A DNA stretch of 64,000 nt. Source: an uncultured Bordetella sp. (lineage in GTDB: Bacteria; Pseudomonadota; Gammaproteobacteria; Burkholderiales; SG8-41). Positions 1-9,026 of the stretch are shown here, one piece after another. The notes beneath the pieces are model-generated. The model ran no database searches. It was not told the DNA's origin and worked only from the letters and a program-made list of their open reading frames with translations. The DNA lies in the NCBI GenBank assembly GCA_964606765.1, contig CAZSIR010000001.1:5988-69987 (forward strand). Reading direction: 5' to 3'. Position numbers and translations under genes: made by a program. The first letter of the stretch is position 1, and the number at the start of each line of letters is the position of its first letter.

Positions 1-254
1 AAGACACGGTCGGCGTGGCCGTGATCGAGGGCATCAAGGCCGGCCAGGAAATGATCGGCTGGGTCATGGAGGACGATTCCACGATCAAGGTGAAGGCCAT
101 CAACGACATTCCCATCGGCCACAAGGCGGCGCTGCGCGAAATCAAGAAGGGCGACACCATCATCAAATACGGTTTCGACATCGGCAAGGCCGTTGCTGAC
201 ATCAAGGTCGGCGAGCACGCCCACGTGCACAACATCAAGACAAAACGCTGGTAA
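1..254 (+). CDS. SAF-domain small subunit of a two-component UxaA-type dehydratase (altronate dehydratase N-terminal / SuyA-like); 5' end cut by window edge
   Basis: The frame of ORF 15..254 stays open to position 1. The pattern [31 protein letters not shown]...GEHAHVHN fits a SAF/UxaA N-terminal domain. The large subunit gene follows 65 nt downstream. Confidence 0.75.
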   Translation, partial: DTVGVAVIEGIKAGQEMIGWVMEDDSTIKVKAINDIPIGHKAALREIKKGDTIIKYGFDIGKAVADIKVGEHAHVHNIKTKRW

Positions 255-318
255 AAAGCGGCTGGTAAACAAGCGGCCGGCAATCCCGGTCGATACCGCC
301 CCAACCCGGAGACTGAAA

Positions 319-1488
319 ATGATCAACAGCAAAACCACATTCATGGGCTATCGCCGCGAGAACGGCCGCGTCGGTGTCCGCAATCACGTCATCATCCTGC
401 CCGTCGATGATCTGTCGAATGCCGCAGCCGAAGCGGTGGCCAACAACGTCAAGGGCGCGATCGCCATTCCGCATCCCTACGGCCGGCTGCAGTTCGGCGC
501 CGACCTCGATCTGCATTTCCGCACCATCATCGGCGCGGGCGCCAATCCCAACGTCGCCGCCGTGGTGGTGATCTGCATCGAAGAGGGCTGGGCGAAAAAA
601 GTCGTCGACGGCATCGCCAAGACCGGCAAACCGGTCACCGGGTTCGGCATCGAACTGCATGGCGACCACGACACCATCATGCGTGCGTCCAAGGTTGCAA
701 AGGAATATGTGCAGTGGGCCTCCGAACTGCAGCGCGAAGCCTGCCCGATCAGCGACCTGTGGGTATCGACCAAGTGCGGTGAGTCCGACACCACCTCCGG
801 CTGCGGCTCCAACCCGACCGTCGGCAGCGCCTTCGACAAGCTCGAGCCGCTGGGTGTGACCATGTGTTTTGGTGAAACCACCGAAATCACCGGCGGCGAA
901 AACATCGTCGCCGACCGCTGCGCGACACCCGAGGTGCGCAAGGAATTCATGCGCATGTTCGACCGCTACCAGGCCATCGTCGAAAAGCACAAGACCAGCG
1001 ACCTTTCCGATTCGCAGCCGACCAAGGGCAACATCGCCGGCGGCCTGACCACGATCGAGGAAAAGGCGCTCGGCAACATCCAGAAAATCGGCAAGAAGTG
1101 CAAGGTCATCGGTGTGCTCGACAAGGCCGAGGAGCCGACCAAGCCCGGCCTGTGGTTCATGGATTCGTCCTCGGCCGCGGCGGAAATGGTCACGCTGTGC
1201 GCAGCCTCCGGTTATGTCGTGCATCTGTTCCCGACCGGGCAGGGCAATGTCATCGGCAATCCGATCGTGCCGGTGGTGAAACTCACCGCCAATCCGCGCA
1301 CCGTGCGCACCATGAGCGAACACGTCGATTACGACTGCTCGGGCCTGCTGCAAAGGGAAAAGAACCTCGACCAGACCGGCGAGGAACTGATCGACGTCAT
1401 GCTGCGCACCTGCAATGGCCGGCTGACCGCTGCCGAAGCCCTGGGCCATCGCGAGTTCGTGCTGACCCGGCTTTACGAGAGCGCGTAA
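319..1488 (+). CDS. UxaA family dehydratase large subunit (altronate/galactarate dehydratase C-terminal type; SuyB-like)
   Basis: ATG at 319 lies inside ORF 193..1488. Family-typical stretches: [38 protein letters not shown] and [24 protein letters not shown]. Confidence 0.85.
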   Translation: MINSKTTFMGYRRENGRVGVRNHVIILPVDDLSNAAAEAVANNVKGAIAIPHPYGRLQFGADLDLHFRTIIGAGANPNVAAVVVICIEEGWAKKVVDGIAKTGKPVTGFGIELHGDHDTIMRASKVAKEYVQWASELQREACPISDLWVSTKCGESDTTSGCGSNPTVGSAFDKLEPLGVTMCFGETTEITGGENIVADRCATPEVRKEFMRMFDRYQAIVEKHKTSDLSDSQPTKGNIAGGLTTIEEKALGNIQKIGKKCKVIGVLDKAEEPTKPGLWFMDSSSAAAEMVTLCAASGYVVHLFPTGQGNVIGNPIVPVVKLTANPRTVRTMSEHVDYDCSGLLQREKNLDQTGEELIDVMLRTCNGRLTAAEALGHREFVLTRLYESA

Positions 1489-1597
1489 TCCGGCGCCTGT
1501 CACCCCTGCGGCAGGGCGCGGTGTTTGCGTCCTGCCCGCAGTTCCAGTAATTGCAGATGGCTGAAATTTTGCAATCGATGCGGAAGCACAATCACTG

Positions 1598-3250
1598 ATG
1601 ACCCCACTCCGCGGCGCAGACATTCTCGCGCGTACCCTGGCACAGGTCGGTTTGAAGCGGATTTTTTCGCTGTCCGGCAATCACATCATGCCGGTGTATG
1701 ACGCGGCGATCGAAGCGAAACTGCAGATCACCCATGTGCGGTACGAAGGCGCGGCGGTGCATATGGCGGATGCCTGGGCGCGGCTGACCGGCGAGGCGGG
1801 CATCGCGATGCTGACCGGCGGTCCGGGCCATGCCAACGGCGTGGGCGCCCTCTATACCGCGCTCGCCTCCGATTCGCCGCTGGTGCTGTTGTCGGGCCAT
1901 GCACCGCTGAACGAGCTGGGTACGGGTTCTTTCCAGGAAATGCGCCAGGCGGATGTCGCGGCGCCGCTGGTCAAGGCCGCGTGGACTGCGGCCAGTGCCG
2001 AAACACTGGGTGCTGACATTGCCAAAGCCTGCCGCCTTGCGCGTTCAGGACGACCGGGGCCGGTGCACCTGAGCCTGCCCTTTGATGTACTGGAAGCCAA
2101 AGTCGCGGACGGAGAAAAGCGGCTGGCGTCCCCGGCTGATTTTTCGCCGGTGGAAAATCCCCCGGATGCAAAAACAGTCGCCGGGCTGCTGTCACTGCTC
2201 AAAACCGGCGCGCGTCCCTTGATTCTGCTCGGGCCGGTGATGGCGCATGCGCCGGTGGCGGACCTGGTGAACAAACTGGCCGCCAAAACCGGAGTGCCGG
2301 CGGTGTGCATGGAAAGTCCGCGCGGGGTCAACGATCCGGGACTTGGCGCCTTTGCCGGCGTACTGGCTAGGGCGGACCTGGTGGTGCTGATCGGCAAGCA
2401 GCCGGACTTCACGCTGCGTTTCGGCAAATCACCGGCGCTGGCTGCGGATTGCCGTTTTGCGGTGATTGACCCCGAAGCCGAAGCCCTGCAGCGCGCGATC
2501 AAAAATCTCGGTGCGGCGCGCGTGGTGCTTTCGGCGCAGGCCGACAGTGTGGCCACGGTGCGGGCATTGATCGCGGCGGCGCAGGGTCATCCCGGCGCGG
2601 CGTGGCTGAAGGAAGTCGACGATGCGGTCATTTTCCGGCCTGCCGCCTGGGCGGGCATCAACAGCGGCGATGGCCCGGTGCATCCCGTGGAACTGGGGCG
2701 CGCAGTACAGGAAGCCCTGCGTTCGGCGCCGGACGCGGTGTTCATTGCCGACGGCGGCGAGATCGGACAGTGGGCGCAGGCCTGCATCAGCGCGCCGGCA
2801 CGCATCATCAACGGCGCCGGCGGTTCCATCGGCAGCGCGGTGCCTTTCGCTTTCGCTGCGCGCATGGCGCGACCCAAGTCGCCGGTGATTGCGGTGATGG
2901 GTGACGGTGCATTCGGTTTTCATCTGATGGAGTTCGACACCGCCGTGCGTGACGGAGTGCCGATGATCGTGGTGGTCGGCAATGATTCCTGCTGGAATGC
3001 CGAACACCAGATCCAGTTGCGCACTTACGGCAGGGAACGTGCACATGGCTGCGAACTGCGCGAAGGCACGCGTTATGATCTGGCAGTGGCGGCACTGGGC
3101 GGCCATGGTGAGCTGGTGACCCGCGCGGCAGAACTGAAGCCGGCGCTGGCACGCGCGATCGCCAGCGGCAAACCGGCGTGCATCAATGTGATGATCCAGC
3201 GTCTTGCGGCGCCGACGGTGACGGCAGGCTTGCCGGCTGCGGCGCACTGA
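1598..3250 (+). CDS. Thiamine-pyrophosphate-dependent enzyme (acetolactate synthase / oxalyl-CoA decarboxylase-like family)
   Basis: 550 aa. The N-terminal TPP-pyrimidine domain shows HVRYEGAAVHMADAWARLTG...GGPGHANGVGALYTA. The C-terminal TPP motif is MGDGAFGFHLMEFDTAVRDGVPMIVVVGNDSCWN. Confidence 0.85.
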   Translation: MTPLRGADILARTLAQVGLKRIFSLSGNHIMPVYDAAIEAKLQITHVRYEGAAVHMADAWARLTGEAGIAMLTGGPGHANGVGALYTALASDSPLVLLSGHAPLNELGTGSFQEMRQADVAAPLVKAAWTAASAETLGADIAKACRLARSGRPGPVHLSLPFDVLEAKVADGEKRLASPADFSPVENPPDAKTVAGLLSLLKTGARPLILLGPVMAHAPVADLVNKLAAKTGVPAVCMESPRGVNDPGLGAFAGVLARADLVVLIGKQPDFTLRFGKSPALAADCRFAVIDPEAEALQRAIKNLGAARVVLSAQADSVATVRALIAAAQGHPGAAWLKEVDDAVIFRPAAWAGINSGDGPVHPVELGRAVQEALRSAPDAVFIADGGEIGQWAQACISAPARIINGAGGSIGSAVPFAFAARMARPKSPVIAVMGDGAFGFHLMEFDTAVRDGVPMIVVVGNDSCWNAEHQIQLRTYGRERAHGCELREGTRYDLAVAALGGHGELVTRAAELKPALARAIASGKPACINVMIQRLAAPTVTAGLPAAAH

Positions 3251-3286
3251 GGAAGCAAACCGGGAAGCACGATAAGGAATCAGCGG

Positions 3287-4000
3287 ATGGACAAGCTGCA
3301 GGTCAGGATCTGGCGCGGTACCGAGCAGGGCGACTTCCAGGATTTCGAAGTGCCGCGGCAGGAAAGCCAGACGGTGCTCGATGTGGTGACCTATGTGCAG
3401 CGCAAATGCGATCCGACGCTGGCCTACCGTTTTGCCTGCCGCGTCGGCGTCTGCGGTTCCTGTGCGATGTCGGTCAACGGGCAGTCGCGCTGGACCTGCC
3501 GCACGCATGTGTCCAAGGTCGCTGCCGACAACAAACTTGAAATAGCCCCTTTGCGCAACCTGCCGGTGGTCAAGGACCTGGTCACCGACATGCGCGAATT
3601 TTTCGACAAGTGGGCGCGCGCCCGCGGCCGTTTCAGCGGCGCCGCTACACGCAAGGACGCGTTTGCCAGCGTCAAGCCGGAGTCGAAGGAACGCAAGCGC
3701 GTCGATGCCGGCATCGAGTGCATCGGCTGCGGGGTGTGTTACAGCGCCTGTGACGTCGTGAGCTGGAACAAGGATTACCTCGGGCCCGCCGCACTGAACC
3801 GCGCCTGGACCCTGATCAACGATGTGCGCGATACCGCGCGCGCCGAGCGCCTGGCCGCGGTGGCGGGGGATGCCGGCTGCCATGCCTGCCATACCCATCT
3901 CAGCTGCACCGAACGCTGCCCCAAAGGGCTGTCGCCGACGGCGGGGATTGCCGGCCTGAAGCGCGCGGTGCTCGCCGCGACGCTCAGCGGCGATATATAA
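3287..4000 (+). CDS. Succinate dehydrogenase/fumarate reductase-type iron-sulfur subunit
   Basis: Three Cys clusters are present: CRVGVCGSCAMSVNG...C (2Fe-2S), CIGCGVCYSAC, and CHACHTHLSCTERCP. At 237 aa the size is typical of SdhB/FrdB. Confidence 0.85.
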   Translation: MDKLQVRIWRGTEQGDFQDFEVPRQESQTVLDVVTYVQRKCDPTLAYRFACRVGVCGSCAMSVNGQSRWTCRTHVSKVAADNKLEIAPLRNLPVVKDLVTDMREFFDKWARARGRFSGAATRKDAFASVKPESKERKRVDAGIECIGCGVCYSACDVVSWNKDYLGPAALNRAWTLINDVRDTARAERLAAVAGDAGCHACHTHLSCTERCPKGLSPTAGIAGLKRAVLAATLSGDI

Positions 4001-4034
4001 AATAATGTTTAAAATCATATATTTACATGTTTTC
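3993..4034 (+). repeat. AT-rich dispersed element, copy A (core AATCATATATTTA at 4013..4025)
   Basis: atatataaaataatgtttaaaatcatatatttacatgttttc in a GC-rich context. It overlaps the TAA stop of the Fe-S subunit gene and is similar to copies at 12971, 26139, 34799, 44634, 52764 and 62733. Confidence 0.8.
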
Positions 4035-4045
4035 GAGGGTTTGAA

Positions 4046-4396
4046 GTGAGTCAGCGCAGCCAAGTCCTGCTGTGGGGAGCGCAGCGCGTCAGCGCGATGG
4101 TGCTGGCGCTGTGCGTGCTGGTGCATCTGCTGACCATGATTTACGCGGTGCGCAGCGGTTTGAGCGCCGCAGAAATTCTCGGCCGCACCCAGGGCAGCGT
4201 CGCCTGGCTTGCGTTCTACACCCTGTTTGTATTTGCGGTCGCGGTGCATGCGCCGATCGGCCTGCGCACCATCATCAGTGAAACCTTCGACTGGCGCGGC
4301 CGCGGTCTGGATGTGCTGACCGGCGTCATCGGCCTGAGCCTGGCGATGTGGGGCATGCGCGCAGTGTTTGGCGTGTTCGGCGGCGGGGCGGCATGA
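4046..4396 (+). CDS. Small hydrophobic membrane-anchor subunit of SDH/FRD-type complex (C-like)
   Basis: 116 aa with a GTG start, three hydrophobic segments and His residues inside helices (VLVHLLTMIY, AVAVHAPIG). It lies directly after the Fe-S subunit gene. Confidence 0.6.
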   Translation: MSQRSQVLLWGAQRVSAMVLALCVLVHLLTMIYAVRSGLSAAEILGRTQGSVAWLAFYTLFVFAVAVHAPIGLRTIISETFDWRGRGLDVLTGVIGLSLAMWGMRAVFGVFGGGAA

Positions 4397-4740
4397 AAAA
4401 CGATTTTCGCGCGCGCAACCATCCGGCGTACTGGGCGTTCATCGTGCATCGCGGCTCCGGCGTGCTGCTGGCGCTGTTCCTGCCGCTGCATTTCTGGGCC
4501 CTGGGCCAAGCGCTGCATGGCGCGGCGGCGCTCGACGGGTTCCTGCGCTGGACCGAACAGCCGCTGGTCAAGTTCGCCGAAACCGGCCTCGTGCTGCTGC
4601 TGGCCGCGCACATGGCCGGCGGCCTGCGCCTGCTGGCGCTGGAATTCCTCGACTGGCGTGAATGGCAGAAAACGCTGCTGGCTGCCGCCGCCGGCGTGTC
4701 GCTGGTGGCCGGCCTCGCGTTCCTGCTGAACCTGGTATGA
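4393..4740 (+). CDS. Small hydrophobic membrane-anchor subunit of SDH/FRD-type complex (D-like)
   Basis: ATG at 4393 overlaps the upstream stop (ATGA). 115 aa with three hydrophobic segments and His residues (FIVHRGSG, LPLHFWAL, LLAAHMAGG). Confidence 0.6.
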   Translation: MKNDFRARNHPAYWAFIVHRGSGVLLALFLPLHFWALGQALHGAAALDGFLRWTEQPLVKFAETGLVLLLAAHMAGGLRLLALEFLDWREWQKTLLAAAAGVSLVAGLAFLLNLV

Positions 4741-4769
4741 GCTTTGCGAAATCACGAAAAGGGGTGGCC

Positions 4770-6176
4770 ATGAAAAAAACAGCCAAACGCAAAAAACCGA
4801 ATCTGCTGCTGATACTGGTGGACGATCTGCGCTACGACGAGTTCGGCGCTGGCGGCCATCCCTACATGAAAACGCCGCATATCGACCGCATCGCCCACGA
4901 AGGCATGCTGTTCGAGCGCGCTTTCCACACCACGCCGATCTGCTCGCCGAACCGCGCCTCCATCCTGTCCGGCCAGTACGCCAGCCGCCACGGCATCATC
5001 GACAATGTGGCCCGCGATCTGGCCAGCCATCGCCTGCCGAATTACCACCTCGAACTGCAGAAGCTCGGTTACGAAACCGCGCACATCGGCAAATGGCACA
5101 TGGGCAACGACGGCAAGCCGCGGCCCGGTTATGACTTCTGGGTGGCCTACGACGGCCACGGCAATCTGTACGATCCGAAGCTGAACGAAAATGGCAGGTA
5201 TGTGCAGCACAAGGGCTATGTCACCGACATCATGAACAGCATGGCGGTGGACTGGATCAAGGGCCGCAGCAAGCGAAAAAACAAAAAACCGTGGTCGCTG
5301 TGGTTCGCACACAAGGCCGTGCATCCGGATGCCGAACAGGCGGCCGACGGCTCCTTCCGCATGGACGGTTACCGTCCGGCAAAGCGCCACGAGAATCTCT
5401 ACAAGGGCTGCGTGTTTCCGAAAAAACCGAACATGCAGAAGCCCGCCGAGTTCCTCAAGCACAAGCCGGCCTGGGCGGAAGCCGTGGCGCTGCGCAAGAC
5501 CGAAGCCTCGAAAATCATGCATGACGCGATCCATTCCGGGAAACAGGAGGAAATCCGCCTGCGCGCCGCGATGATGGCCGCGGTCGACGAGGGCGTGGGC
5601 ATGATCTTCAAAACGCTGGAGGAAACCGGCGAGCTCGACAACACGGTGATCCTGTTTCTCGGCGACAACGGCTATTTCTTCGGCGAACACGGCATCGGCC
5701 CCGAGCGCCGCTTCGCCTATGAGGAAGGCATCCGTTCGCCCTTGACCGTGCGCTGGCCTGAATCCGTCAAAGCCGGATCACGCAATCGTGACCTGGTGAT
5801 CCTGCAGGATCTTGCGCCGACGCTGATCGAAATCGCCGGCGGCAAGCCCGGCAAACAGATCCAGGGCCGTTCATTGCTGTCACTGCTGAAGGGCAAACGC
5901 GATCCGGGTTGGCGCAAATCCCTGTTCATCGAGTACTGGGCGGAGAACGCCTATCCGTGGCTGGTGAACATGACCTACAAGGCCGTGCGCACCGAGCGCT
6001 ACAAATTCATCCACTGGGTCAACCGCGCGCGCAACGGCGAACTCGACGAGCTTTACGATCTTGAAAAAGATCCGTACGAGATGGTCAATGTCGCCGGCAA
6101 GCCGGCCTATCGTGCGCTGCGCGGGAAGCTGACCCGGGAACTGCGCAAGCTGACGGCGGACGCGCTGGGCATGTGA
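4770..6176 (+). CDS. Sulfatase family protein (arylsulfatase-like), no obvious signal peptide
   Basis: LLLILVDDLRYD plus the signature CSPNRASILSGQYASRHG (C-x-P-x-R formylglycine motif) and GKWHMG. ATG at 4770 is preceded by aaaagggg. The N-terminus MKKTAKRKKPN runs directly into the catalytic domain. Confidence 0.85.
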   Translation: MKKTAKRKKPNLLLILVDDLRYDEFGAGGHPYMKTPHIDRIAHEGMLFERAFHTTPICSPNRASILSGQYASRHGIIDNVARDLASHRLPNYHLELQKLGYETAHIGKWHMGNDGKPRPGYDFWVAYDGHGNLYDPKLNENGRYVQHKGYVTDIMNSMAVDWIKGRSKRKNKKPWSLWFAHKAVHPDAEQAADGSFRMDGYRPAKRHENLYKGCVFPKKPNMQKPAEFLKHKPAWAEAVALRKTEASKIMHDAIHSGKQEEIRLRAAMMAAVDEGVGMIFKTLEETGELDNTVILFLGDNGYFFGEHGIGPERRFAYEEGIRSPLTVRWPESVKAGSRNRDLVILQDLAPTLIEIAGGKPGKQIQGRSLLSLLKGKRDPGWRKSLFIEYWAENAYPWLVNMTYKAVRTERYKFIHWVNRARNGELDELYDLEKDPYEMVNVAGKPAYRALRGKLTRELRKLTADALGM

Positions 6177-6308
6177 AGGGCCGCGGCCTTGCTGCACCAC
6201 CAGGCATCGGGTATCGTCAATCGGGCAACATGACGCACAGCAGGCAAAAGCGCAGTCAGCCGGATTGGTTCGCAGGCTGTTAATGACATTGCACCGGAGG
6301 AGAAAAAA

Positions 6309-7283
6309 ATGCATCAGATAAAACATCAGGCAAAACGGGTTTTGATGGCTGGGGTGCTGCTTGCATCCACCGCGGTTGCGGCGCAGGGTTTTCCCAGCAA
6401 GCCCGTGCGCATCGTCGTGCCGTTCTCGGCCGGCGGCGCCACGGACATCGTGACCCGCGTGGTGTCGCAGAAACTCACGGAAATCTGGGGCCAGACCATC
6501 GTGGTGGACAACCGCGCCGGCGCCGGCGGCAATATCGGCGCCGAAATTGTCGCCAAGTCGGTGGCGGACGGCTATACCGTATTCATGACTTCCGGCTCCA
6601 TCGTGACCGCCAATCCGCACATGTACAAGACCCTGCCCTACAACGCGGAAAAGGATCTGGTGGCAGTGACCAACGTCGCCAGCGGACCGCAGGCCATCGT
6701 CGTCAATCCGAGTTTTCCGGCCAAAACCGTCAAAGACCTGATTGCCATGGCCAAGGCAAAACCGAGGGGCATCACCTTTGGCTCCGCCGGCATTGGCACA
6801 CAGACTCATCTGGCAGGCGAGAATTTCATCTATAGCGCCGGTATCGACGTCATACACATCCCGTACAAGGGGGAGGCGCCGGCGGTCAGCGATCTGATCG
6901 GCGGCCAGATCCAGTTCGTGACGCCGAATCTGTCCGCCGCCATCAGTTTTGTGCGCTCGGGCAAGCTGCGCGCCCTGGCGGTGACCAGCAAGGAACGTTC
7001 GAAGCAGCTGCCGGAGGTTCCGGCGGTGGCGGAAACGCTGCCGGGATTTGAAAACCTCGGCTGGTTCGGTTTCATGGTGCCGACCGGCACGCCCAGGGCG
7101 GTGGTGACGAAGATTCACGACGATACCGTTACAGCCCTGAAAGACGCCACGATCGCCAAGCGTTTTGAAGATCTGGGCATGGTTCCGGTGGGCAACACCT
7201 CGGCGCAGTTTGCCAGGGACATCAAGGAAGAAAGCGGCCGCTGGGTGAAGATCATCCAGGAGCGCAAACTGCAGGTGAACTGA
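6309..7283 (+). CDS. Bug/TctC family tripartite tricarboxylate transporter substrate-binding protein
   Basis: A signal peptide is followed by FPSKPVRIVVPFSAGGATD, VDNRAGAGGNIGAE, DGYT and HIPYKGEAPAVSDLIGGQI. RBS ggagga lies upstream. Confidence 0.9.
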   Translation: MHQIKHQAKRVLMAGVLLASTAVAAQGFPSKPVRIVVPFSAGGATDIVTRVVSQKLTEIWGQTIVVDNRAGAGGNIGAEIVAKSVADGYTVFMTSGSIVTANPHMYKTLPYNAEKDLVAVTNVASGPQAIVVNPSFPAKTVKDLIAMAKAKPRGITFGSAGIGTQTHLAGENFIYSAGIDVIHIPYKGEAPAVSDLIGGQIQFVTPNLSAAISFVRSGKLRALAVTSKERSKQLPEVPAVAETLPGFENLGWFGFMVPTGTPRAVVTKIHDDTVTALKDATIAKRFEDLGMVPVGNTSAQFARDIKEESGRWVKIIQERKLQVN

Positions 7284-7292
7284 TCGCAGGGC

Positions 7293-7325
7293 CACTGCCG
7301 GGCCCCGTGTCCCGGCAGTGTTTTT
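7293..7325 (+). terminator. Rho-independent terminator-like hairpin
   Basis: 10-bp stem cactgccggg/cccggcagtg, 8-nt loop, followed by TTTTT. Confidence 0.7.
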
Positions 7326-7356
7326 AGGGGTCTCCAATCCGCATCAAGGTGGTTCA

Positions 7357-8232
7357 GTGAACGTCGATCTCAAGCAGGTGGAAGAAGCGTGCAAGGAACT
7401 CTACATCCGCGCGCTGAAAATGCTGCCCCCGGACATCAAGCAGGGCTTTCAGCGGCTGGACCGCGCCGAGACCAATGCCACCGGCAAGGCCATCCTTGGC
7501 ACCATGATCCGCAACATCACGGTCGCCGAGGACAACACCAATCTGCTGTGCCAGGACACCGGCATCCCGATCTACAACGTCGTGATCGGCGCCAATGTCG
7601 CGGTGGACGGGCATGCACTGAAGCAGGCGATCATCAGCGGCTGCACCCGCGCCACCAGGGAGCATCCGCTGCGTTCCTCGGTGGTGCATCCGACCACGCG
7701 CAAGAATGAGCACAGCTCCGGCGGCCGCCACGTGCCGGTGATCAACATCGATTTCGCGCCCGACGCCGACACGCTGTCGATCGAGATGATTCCCAAGGGC
7801 TCGGGGTCGGAAAACAATTCCTGGCTCAAAATGGCGATTCCCGCCGATGGCGTCGATGCGATCAAGACCTTTGTCATCGACTGTGTATTGGAGGCTGGTG
7901 GCAAAAGCTGTCCGCCGGTGATTGTCGGCGTCGGTGTCGGCGGCACGGCGGATCTATGCGTGCACCTGTCGAAAATCGCGGCGACGCGGCCGCTGGGCAG
8001 CAGTTGTGCTGATCCCGAGGGTGCGAAGCTGGAGGCGGAACTGAGCGCCGTGGTCAACAAGCTCGGCGTCGGTGCGCAGGGGCTGGGCGGGGACTCCACG
8101 GCCTTCGCGGTGCATGTCGAAACCGCGGCCACCCACATCACGATGAACCCCGTCGCGGTCAACATGCAGTGCCATTCGGCGCGGCGTGCGCGGGCGACGT
8201 TCACGCCGCAGGGCGTGAGTTACGGGTATTGA
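7357..8232 (+). CDS. Class I (Fe-S) fumarate hydratase / L(+)-tartrate dehydratase alpha-type subunit
   Basis: LLCQDTGIPIYNVVIG, IEMIPKGSGSENNS and CPPVIVGVGVGGTAD are typical of the FumA N-terminal/TtdA domain. GTG at 7357 is preceded by caaggtgg. Confidence 0.8.
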   Translation: MNVDLKQVEEACKELYIRALKMLPPDIKQGFQRLDRAETNATGKAILGTMIRNITVAEDNTNLLCQDTGIPIYNVVIGANVAVDGHALKQAIISGCTRATREHPLRSSVVHPTTRKNEHSSGGRHVPVINIDFAPDADTLSIEMIPKGSGSENNSWLKMAIPADGVDAIKTFVIDCVLEAGGKSCPPVIVGVGVGGTADLCVHLSKIAATRPLGSSCADPEGAKLEAELSAVVNKLGVGAQGLGGDSTAFAVHVETAATHITMNPVAVNMQCHSARRARATFTPQGVSYGY

Positions 8233-8251
8233 TTTGAACGGCAAAGTTTGT

Positions 8252-8380
8252 ACCGCCAAGACGCCAAGACCGCCAAGAGAAACCAGACGATGAGATCCCG
8301 TGGCCATGGATTTTTCCAGCCCGATGCAATTTCCGATAATTATTCAAGGCCTTTCTTGGCGGCCTTGGCGTCTTGGCGGT
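8252..8380. repeat. GC-rich inverted-repeat element with arms built of 3 tandem octamers (CGCCAAGA)
   Basis: Left arm 8252..8278 is accgccaagacgccaagaccgccaaga. Right arm 8354..8380 is tcttggcggccttggcgtcttggcggt. They are reverse complements at 26 of 27 positions, separated by a 75-bp spacer. Confidence 0.85.
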
Positions 8381-8396
8381 AAAAAAAGGATTTCCC

Positions 8397-9008
8397 GTGG
8401 CTCATTATGAATTCCACATGCCGGTCAGCGAAGAGCAGGTGCGCAAGCTGCGCATCAACGACACCGTCACGCTGCACCAGACCCTGTACGGCATCCGCGA
8501 TGCGACGCAAATCCACATGTTTGACCACGGCCGCAAGACGCGTTTCGACATGCGCGGCCATGCGGTGGTGCATACTGCGCCCAACGTCAAATGGGTCGGC
8601 GAAACCGAGGCGCATCCCTCGGGTTATGCCCCGATCTGCATCGGCACCACCACCAGCGCGCGCATGGAACGTTTCACGCAGCCGTTGATGGCGCAGTACG
8701 GCGTGCGCATCATCATCGGCAAGGGCGGGTTGTTTGCGTCCTCCGCGAAGGCTTTCAGCGAGCTCGGTGGCGTCTATCTCGCGATCATCGGCGGCACCGC
8801 GGCGCTGGAGACCACCTGGATCGAGCAGATCGAGGAAGTCGATCTCGACGACCTCAATCCGGAATCGCTGTGGAAATTCCGCATCAAGGGCTTTGGTCCG
8901 CTGCTGGTGGCGATGGATTCCCACGGCGGCAGCCTGTACACGGCAGTGAATGCCGCCGCGAAGGATCAACGTGCCGGCGTGCTGGCGGCGCTGGGCGTTA
9001 AATCCTGA
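8397..9008 (+). CDS. Class I fumarate hydratase / L(+)-tartrate dehydratase beta-type subunit
   Basis: GIRDATQIHMF, IIGKGGL and LAIIGGTAALE match the Fumerase_C/TtdB-type domain. GTG at 8397 has aaagga 8 nt upstream; the alternative TTG at 8373 is less likely. Confidence 0.8.
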   Translation: MAHYEFHMPVSEEQVRKLRINDTVTLHQTLYGIRDATQIHMFDHGRKTRFDMRGHAVVHTAPNVKWVGETEAHPSGYAPICIGTTTSARMERFTQPLMAQYGVRIIIGKGGLFASSAKAFSELGGVYLAIIGGTAALETTWIEQIEEVDLDDLNPESLWKFRIKGFGPLLVAMDSHGGSLYTAVNAAAKDQRAGVLAALGVKS

Positions 9009-9026
9009 ACCCATCAACCCCTTTCA

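Noticed and set aside
235-1680. 481-aa minus-strand ORF covering the UxaA-like gene
   Set aside because: It is antisense to a gene with clear family motifs. Its product is Arg/Ala/Gly/His-rich low-information sequence, typical of a shadow ORF in high-GC DNA.
2429-4249. 606-aa minus-strand ORF across the TPP-enzyme and Fe-S subunit genes
   Set aside because: It spans two well-supported plus-strand genes and the AT-rich intergenic element. It has no motifs and a shadow-ORF composition.
5880-7337. 485-aa minus-strand ORF opposite the sulfatase and Bug genes
   Set aside because: It is antisense to two genes with strong family signatures and crosses their intergenic region and a terminator.
8252-8278. 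Tandem CGCCAAGA octamers considered as a CRISPR-like or VNTR array
   Set aside because: There are only three units with no spacers. The units form one arm of an inverted repeat, so this is not a CRISPR architecture.
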